64,000 bases of DNA, from NCBI GenBank assembly GCA_903896545.1, contig CAITYF010000151.1:42272-106271 (forward strand). Reading direction: 5' to 3'. This stretch comes from an uncultured Myxococcales bacterium (GTDB lineage Bacteria > Myxococcota_A > UBA9042). Below the pieces are notes generated by a model, which saw only the letters and a list, made by a program, of their open reading frames with translations, searched no databases and had not been told where the DNA came from. Positions within the stretch are counted from its first letter, which is position 1; every line of letters starts with the position of its first letter. Shown piece by piece: positions 58,427 through 64,000 of this stretch. The position numbers and the translations under genes are program-made.

Positions 58427-59794
58427 TCAGTCGTCGCCTTCCACAGCATGGGACGCAAGGGGCGTCGTCGGCAAGGCGAGGTCATCCAACTGCGCGTTGA
58501 GACGCTCGTTCTCAGCAAGCGCTTCGGTCAGCTGACGCCGCAGTTCGACCGCCTCGGCTTCTGCCTGGTCGTCCAGTCCGCGCAGCGCAGCTTGGGCAGC
58601 AGCGAGCTCCGCACGCAACGCTTGCACTTCGCCGTCCGCTGCCGGACTCGCGCGGCCACCACGCACTGCGGCAAGCTCCGCGAGAAGCGCCTGTTCCGCC
58701 GCAGCGTGTTGACCTTCCAACAACGCCAACCGCGACGCCAACAGACGCCGCGCGTTCTCGGCTTCCTGATACGCGCCTTGCAGGCGATCGCGCTCGGCTT
58801 CAAGTTCCGCCACGCGCGTCAGCGCGGCTTCCGACTCCTGATGCGCCTCGGACAAGTCCGCCAGCGCTTGACGCCAGAGCGCGGTGCGCGCCTCCACTTC
58901 ATCCCGGGCGGCAGCGAGTTCCTCAGCCAGTGCAGGGTCTGCCACACCCGGCGCTTGTGCGCTCATCGTCGGCGCGGGCGCCGGTTCCAGGTCCGGTTCA
59001 GCCTGCCACTGTGCTTCCGGTTCAGGCTGTGCTTCCGGTTCAGGCTGGGGTTCCGGCTCAGGCTGCGGTTCCGACGCTGGTTCCGCCGCAAATTCCGGTT
59101 CAAGCTCCGGTTCTGGTTGGGGCGCCGGACTTTCAAACGGCAGGTCGTCGTCAAAAACCGGCTCTGCGTCGGGCTCGTCGTCCGACGGCTCAGGCTCATT
59201 GGCCGGCAACCACGCATCAGATGCGGTCTGCACGACCAGCGGCGGGGTCACGCGCACTTCCACGTCGTCGGGCGGATTGTCCAGCGTGAAGCCCGCAGCT
59301 GAGGCTTCCTCGATCGACGACTCCAGGTGCGGCGGCGGCGGTGGAGGAGGAGGAGGAGGCGGCGGCAAGGGCAGCTCAAACGGCGGTGGCGGGATGTCCA
59401 TCGGCGGCGGTGGAATCGAGAACGGCGGTGGCGGAATGCCTTGCTCCTCGTGCACAACCGGCTGTTCCAGCGTCGCGTCGAACGACTCGTCCTCGGCGCG
59501 CTCAAAGCGCAGCTCAAAAGCGCCACAGCGAAACAGCACGCCGTCTTCCAGAATCACAGGCACTTGCGGATCGAGGCGGTCGGTGAAGTAGAACGTGCCG
59601 TTCGAGGAGCCGAGATCCTCCAACACGTACAAACCGTCCTGCCAACCGATGCGCGCGTGCTTGCGCGAGACCGAGTGACCCGCGGTACGGATCTGGCACT
59701 CGGAGGAACGACCGACGAAAATATCGCCAGAACCCTGATTTACTTCAATCACTTGTGGTTGATTGTTGTCATCCAGATAGTGAATAAGTGCCAC
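58427..59794 (-). CDS. FHA-domain protein with poly-proline, acidic PEPEPQ repeats and a C-terminal coiled coil
   Basis: FHA core IEVNQGSGDIFVGRSSECQIRTAGHSVSRKHARIGWQDGLYVLEDLGSSNGTF. P14 run. Start uncertain: GTG 59794 is preferred, because the TTG at 59944 would overlap the divergent NamZ start. Confidence 0.65.
   Translation of the reverse strand: MALIHYLDDNNQPQVIEVNQGSGDIFVGRSSECQIRTAGHSVSRKHARIGWQDGLYVLEDLGSSNGTFYFTDRLDPQVPVILEDGVLFRCGAFELRFERAEDESFDATLEQPVVHEEQGIPPPPFSIPPPPMDIPPPPFELPLPPPPPPPPPPPPHLESSIEEASAAGFTLDNPPDDVEVRVTPPLVVQTASDAWLPANEPEPSDDEPDAEPVFDDDLPFESPAPQPEPELEPEFAAEPASEPQPEPEPQPEPEAQPEPEAQWQAEPDLEPAPAPTMSAQAPGVADPALAEELAAARDEVEARTALWRQALADLSEAHQESEAALTRVAELEAERDRLQGAYQEAENARRLLASRLALLEGQHAAAEQALLAELAAVRGGRASPAADGEVQALRAELAAAQAALRGLDDQAEAEAVELRRQLTEALAENERLNAQLDDLALPTTPLASHAVEGDD
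58991..59116. repeat. Imperfect 18-bp tandem repeats inside the FHA gene (they encode the PEPEPQ/PEPEAQ repeats)
   Basis: cttccggttcagg recurs with 18-bp period at 59014, 59032, 59050 and 59068, then degenerates. A GGN-rich run near 59330-59375 encodes the poly-proline stretch. Confidence 0.5.
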
Positions 59795-59943
59795 GCCCGC
59801 CTCCGTTCGCAAGAGCTTGATTGTCGGAGAGTCTGGCCGCCGTCGCAAGCGGCCACGCAACGACTTTGTCGCAGCAACTGGCGCGGTGGCAAAATCCAGA
59901 TACAGTTCGGACGGGCGGCCAACCAAGGCAAGAGGCAAAGCCA

Positions 59944-61158
59944 ATGAATCGTTTCTATTTTCTCGTCCTTCTGACGGCGCTGCTGCTGCCGAACCTCGCG
60001 CACGCGCTGCCGGTCAAGCCGGGGATTGAGGTGCTCGTCGAGGAGCAGCTCGATCTGGTGCGCGACAAGCGCGTGGGATTGCTAACAAATCCGTCAGCGG
60101 TAGACAGCCAGCTGGTGCCCACGCTGGATCGCCTGCGCAAAGTCGGCGTCGAAGTGACGCAGCTCTACGCGCCGGAACACGGGATATCTGCGGCACTCTC
60201 CAACGGCAAAGGCGGGGACAAGGGCGTCGATCCAGGCTCCGGTCTACCGGTTGAGCCCGTGTGGGGCGCACATTTTTCGCCCAGCAAGGAATCACTGGAG
60301 CGAATCGACGTGCTGGTTTTTGATATTCAGGACCTCGGCTCGCGGACGTACACCTTCGCCACGACCTTGGGCAAGTTGATGATCGCGGCGGGCGCTGCCG
60401 GCAAGCCGGTGATCGTGCTGGACCGGCCGAATCCGGGCGGCGGACTGCTGTTTGAAGGGCCGATCATCGAGAAGAAGCACAAGAGTCTCGTCGGCTGGGG
60501 ACCGCTGCCAGTGACCCACGGCATGACGCTGGGCGAGTTGGCGCGCTTTTACCAGCAAGAGCTCAAGATCAAGGTCGACCTGAAAGTGGTGCCGATGAAA
60601 GGCTGGAAACGCGACATGGTTTGGGAAGACACCGGTCTGCCGTGGGTGCCGTCGTCGCCCGGCATTCCGCACGAGCTGAACGCGCACCTGTACGTTGCGA
60701 CGGGGATGGTCGGCGGCTGTGGCGCACCGGTGAACGAAGGGGGCGGCAATTCCATGCCGTTTGAGCTGATTGGCGCGCCCTACATCGACCCGCAGAAGCT
60801 GGCTGAGTGTCTGCGCGCGGAGAACCTGCCCGGCGTGCTGTTTCGCCCGATGAGCTGGAAGCCCCGGTCAGGCGCGCAGTTTTCGGGCAAACTCGTCCAC
60901 GGCGTGCAGCTCGTGCTGACCAACCCGCGGATCTTCAAGCCGCTGAAAACGGCGCTGGCGATCCTGCACACGCTCTACAAGCTCTTCCCGGAAGAGATGC
61001 AAATCAAAGACATCGGCAAGTTCGGTCGCGTATGGGGCACGGAGCGGGTCCTGCATGCGTTGAAGGACGGCGTCGACTGGCACAAGATTGAAGAGAGTTG
61101 GCAGCCTGAGCTGGCGGCGTTCGCCCTCAAGCGGCAAAAGGTGCTGCTCTACCCTTGA
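59944..61158 (+). CDS. DUF1343 / NamZ-like exo-beta-N-acetylmuramidase family protein, secreted
   Basis: Signal peptide MNRFYFLVLLTALLLPNLAHA. The conserved GLLTNPSAVD...VLVFDIQDLGSRTYTFATTLG...VLDRPNPGGG blocks are characteristic of DUF1343. Confidence 0.7.
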   Translation: MNRFYFLVLLTALLLPNLAHALPVKPGIEVLVEEQLDLVRDKRVGLLTNPSAVDSQLVPTLDRLRKVGVEVTQLYAPEHGISAALSNGKGGDKGVDPGSGLPVEPVWGAHFSPSKESLERIDVLVFDIQDLGSRTYTFATTLGKLMIAAGAAGKPVIVLDRPNPGGGLLFEGPIIEKKHKSLVGWGPLPVTHGMTLGELARFYQQELKIKVDLKVVPMKGWKRDMVWEDTGLPWVPSSPGIPHELNAHLYVATGMVGGCGAPVNEGGGNSMPFELIGAPYIDPQKLAECLRAENLPGVLFRPMSWKPRSGAQFSGKLVHGVQLVLTNPRIFKPLKTALAILHTLYKLFPEEMQIKDIGKFGRVWGTERVLHALKDGVDWHKIEESWQPELAAFALKRQKVLLYP

Positions 61159-61189
61159 TTGCCCCGGCGCACGCGCCAAGTGAGTCGTC

Positions 61190-62545
61190 ATGCAGACCCG
61201 GACACCAACGCTGTTGATCCTCGCGGGATGCGCGCTTGTCACAGCCGCCTGCTGGTGGCTGTCTGGCGTGCTACTGCCTTTGCTTTTGGGCGGCGTGCTG
61301 ACGCTCGTGCTTGCACCGATCGTGGAACGCTGGACGCCGCGGGTTGGCTCACGCGTGCGCGCCATCGCAGTCGCACTCGGAACGGTGGTGCTGATCTTCG
61401 GCATTCTCGCGGCGATCGCCGTGCCGATGATGATCGCCGAAGCACGCCACTGGACCGTCGCAGTCACGGGTGAGGGCGGCTCCGCAATGGCCGGCATCGA
61501 TCACCCCGTCGACTACGAGGACTACGCGGATCCGGACCTGACGCAGTGGCAAGGCGCGGCCCTGGCGGCCCAAGCGCAGGCGAAAGGCGCGCCGGCCGAG
61601 GTCGTTCGCCTGCTGCGTGACCTGCCGCCGCCCGCTCACGATCACACGATCGCGGAAGTGCTGGGCGATCGCGACGGAGATGGGCGCCTGGAACCGGGCT
61701 ACGCACGGCGCTTGCGCCTGCTGCAGCGCGACCGCAACAGCAGCGTCGGTCAGGCCATCGCGTGGCTCGATCGCAACGGTGTTCTCCGCAGCGTACGGAA
61801 CGCCGTGCAACAGACGCTTTCACGCGAACGCATCGCCAAGCTGCTGTCGGGACCACAACTCTCCACCGCGGGCGACGTCGGCATGCGCGTGCTCGGCTCG
61901 GTCGGTGACGTGCTGATGGCGCTGTTGGGCGTCGTCGTCGCCGCCCTGCTCACGCCGATCTACGCGTTCCTCCTGCTTTTGGCACTGCCGCGCTGGCGAT
62001 CGTCGCTGCCCAACTACGTGCCGCAGGAGCAGCGCACGCTGTGGCTGCGCATCGCCAAGCGCATTGTCGACTCCATCTCCGCGTTCGTCCGCGGGCGCGT
62101 CGTCGTGTGCGCGATTGTCGGCGCCATCACCGCGATTGGCTGGGCCGTTCTGGGCGTGCGCCTCGGCATTTTGGCAGGCCTCGCGGTGGGCGCGTTGACG
62201 CTCGTACCGCTTGCCAACGTGCTGGCGCTGGTCCCCGTGATTGTCATGAGCGCCATCGAGTGCGCCACCGGTGCCCACGGTTGGGGCTGGCTGATCGGCG
62301 TGCTGGCTGTCTACGCCGTGGGACAGATCGCTGAGTCGATCCTGAACCCGCTGATCGTCGGTGATGCCGTTCAACTCGACCTGCTGACGATGATCGTCGC
62401 GCTCACGGTGGGCGGTGCGATCGCTGGCTTTGCCGGCCTCGTCCTGGCCGTTCCCGTCGCTGCAACGCTGCGCATTTTGGCCGAAGAACTCTGGCTGCCG
62501 CGTTGGCGTGCGTGGGCCACAGGCTTGGCATCGCATCCGGACTAA
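61190..62545 (+). CDS. AI-2E family transporter (PerM/YdiK, UPF0118) with a large inserted hydrophilic loop
   Basis: Multi-pass membrane protein with the conserved C-terminal half LLGVVVAALLTPIYAFLLL...RGRVVVCAIVGAITAIGWAVLG...NPLIVGDAVQL. The central ~150-aa soluble insert (DYEDYADPDLTQW...) is atypical. Confidence 0.7.
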   Translation: MQTRTPTLLILAGCALVTAACWWLSGVLLPLLLGGVLTLVLAPIVERWTPRVGSRVRAIAVALGTVVLIFGILAAIAVPMMIAEARHWTVAVTGEGGSAMAGIDHPVDYEDYADPDLTQWQGAALAAQAQAKGAPAEVVRLLRDLPPPAHDHTIAEVLGDRDGDGRLEPGYARRLRLLQRDRNSSVGQAIAWLDRNGVLRSVRNAVQQTLSRERIAKLLSGPQLSTAGDVGMRVLGSVGDVLMALLGVVVAALLTPIYAFLLLLALPRWRSSLPNYVPQEQRTLWLRIAKRIVDSISAFVRGRVVVCAIVGAITAIGWAVLGVRLGILAGLAVGALTLVPLANVLALVPVIVMSAIECATGAHGWGWLIGVLAVYAVGQIAESILNPLIVGDAVQLDLLTMIVALTVGGAIAGFAGLVLAVPVAATLRILAEELWLPRWRAWATGLASHPD

Positions 62546-62847
62546 TCACGACCACCTTTGTCCACTACCAACGATCTGTGGGTCAAGCCTGTTGCCCGCT
62601 TGGAGTGGCACGCCGCGGTTCGGGCAGGTGTGAGCTCGAACTTCGGTCGAAGTGTGTAGCTGCCGCACACGGACCCAGCCACGTGTCGCCCATGACAACT
62701 TTCTGTGAATTTGTGACAGTTTTCTTGAACCGCGGCGCGGAAGCCCCTACAAGGACGTGGAGCGTGGCGTCGTTTGAACCGATCGCCCGTAGCTGACTCT
62801 GACCTGTCCGAACATTTGTCCGACCTTTCTGAACACCGGAGCGTCTC

Positions 62848-63423
62848 ATGCGTACTTTGTCCTTCCTTCGTTTCGCCGTCACCGGCACCGTCCTCTCCCT
62901 CGCCCTTCTCGCCGCGGGTTGCGGCAGCACGACGTCGTCCAGCGGCGGCGGCACGACCACCGATGCCACGACGACGGACGACACCGGCGCGGGCAGCGAC
63001 ACGATGACCGGCATGGACATGACGACGGGCAACGACACGGCGAGCGCGGACGTGACCACGGGCACGGACACGACGACCGGCGCGATCTCGTTCGCGACCA
63101 TCTACCCGAAGATCAAGACCGACTGCGCCACGTCCGGCTGCCACACGGCCAAGGACGCCAAGTTCAGCGGCAAGCTGGATCTGGAGATGCAGGACACGGC
63201 GTACGCCGCGCTCGTCACGGGCGCCACGGCGGATGGCGTTTGCGGCCCGATGGCCCGCGTCAAGCCGAAGGACCACGCCGCCAGCTCCCTCTGGGTTCGT
63301 CTCGACCCCGCTGCCACGGGTTGCGGAAACGCGGACAACAAGATGCCGCTCGGTGGCACTGCCTGGTCCGCCGCTGAAATCGCCGCCGTCGCCGCGTGGA
63401 TTGACGCCGGCGCTGCGAAGTAA
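62848..63423 (+). CDS. Lipoprotein with a Thr/Gly/Asp linker and a small Cys-containing globular domain
   Basis: Lipobox LLAAGCG, (TTGxDT)n linker, domain ISFATIYPKIKTDCATSGCHTAKDAKFSGKLDL. Architecture parallels the lipoprotein at 37876. Confidence 0.6.
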   Translation: MRTLSFLRFAVTGTVLSLALLAAGCGSTTSSSGGGTTTDATTTDDTGAGSDTMTGMDMTTGNDTASADVTTGTDTTTGAISFATIYPKIKTDCATSGCHTAKDAKFSGKLDLEMQDTAYAALVTGATADGVCGPMARVKPKDHAASSLWVRLDPAATGCGNADNKMPLGGTAWSAAEIAAVAAWIDAGAAK

Positions 63424-63446
63424 GTCGCTATTTGGCTTCTAATGAT

Positions 63447-63500
63447 CGCGCCACGTCTCCGGCTCAAGCAGCCTTTGGAGGCGTGGCGCGGTCGTTTTTG
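63447..63500 (+). terminator. Strong rho-independent terminator after the lipoprotein gene
   Basis: CGCGCCACGTCTCC ... GGAGGCGTGGCGCG forms a 14-bp stem with one G-U pair and an inner GGCT/AGCC extension, followed by GTCGTTTTTG. Confidence 0.55.
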
Positions 63501-63665
63501 CCACTGCTGCCGGCGAATCGCTGCTTCAGCACCCGACCTGGCCTGAGCTGGAGTTGGCTTGAAACAGCCGCGCAAGAACGCCGCGACGTGAATTCGCGGA
63601 GCCTCACGCGTCTGTCGGTCCGCTGCCGCGGCCGGCCTGGCGGGTCGAACTTTGAATTCGCCCCA

Positions 63666-63995
63666 CTAACCCGCAATCGCGGACTGAATCAGCGGCGCAA
63701 GCTCACCGCTCTGGTACATGTCCATCGCGATGTCGCAGCCGCCGATGAGCTGACCCTTCACGTACAACTGCGGAATGGTCGGCCACTTGCCGTACATTTT
63801 GATCCCTTCGCGGATGTCCGGGTCTTCCAGCACGTTCACGGACTTGTACTGCGCCGGCGCAATGCCGCACGCCTTCAAGATCTCGGCGGTACGCGCGGAA
63901 AAGCCGCACATCGGGAAGCTCGGCGTACCCTTCATGAAGAGGACGACGGGGTTGGATTGGACAAGCTGGTCGATCTCAGCATTTACATCACGCAT
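63666..63995 (-). CDS. grxD: Monothiol glutaredoxin (Grx4/GrxD type)
   Basis: CGFS active-site motif (FPMCGFSARTAEIL), plus WPTIPQLYVKGQLIGGCDI. Confidence 0.85.
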   Translation of the reverse strand: MRDVNAEIDQLVQSNPVVLFMKGTPSFPMCGFSARTAEILKACGIAPAQYKSVNVLEDPDIREGIKMYGKWPTIPQLYVKGQLIGGCDIAMDMYQSGELAPLIQSAIAG

Positions 63996-64000
63996 GGCAC

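Noticed and set aside
62596-62615. Sigma-54 -24/-12 promoter (TGGCAC-N5-...)
   Set aside because: The -12 element (GGTTC) does not match TTGCW.
63120-63145. c-type heme-binding site in the lipoprotein at 62848
   Set aside because: The motif is C-x4-CH, not the canonical CxxCH. Noted only as degenerate.

Overview
This 64 kb window is high-GC, almost fully coding DNA that looks like core chromosome of a Myxococcota-like bacterium. Evidence for that taxon: a MYXO-CTERM-like sorting tail on one protein, many Ser/Thr-kinase, FHA, TPR and lipoprotein genes, and about 67-70% GC with very high GC3. I found no integrases, transposases, tRNAs, rRNAs or CRISPR arrays. The window contains, in order: a redox/sensory cluster (PAS sensor, Crp/Fnr regulator with a perfect FNR-type box, an organophosphate MFS transporter with an inserted PDZ-like Cys4 module); a single 3011-aa TPR-like helical-repeat protein; argC-argB, glmU and ilvE; a tail-anchored Ser/Thr kinase divergent from an FG-GAP/ASPIC protein and a subtilisin; a complete Fe-S biogenesis island (iscR-iscS-iscU-iscA-hscB-hscA, closed by a PflX-type radical SAM gene instead of fdx, with divergent mrp/apbC); mazG, rpoD, and an ECF sigma/anti-sigma pair; rlmD; a lipoprotein carrying an extracellular-nuclease-type OB fold, translationally coupled to a beta-class DNA methyltransferase with no restriction partner; an M23 peptidase; cysS and korAB; and a putative FHA - tandem-U32 - stand-alone chorismate mutase operon. 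I rank the mutase/U32 pairing as the most interesting system-level signal, because a dedicated AroQ chorismate mutase is start/stop-overlapped with a fused double-U32 gene and U32-family hydroxylases have been reported to depend on prephenate. All calls rest on reading the translated ORFs and the raw sequence, with no database searches. Start codons were derived from ORF-track arithmetic and remain uncertain where noted.
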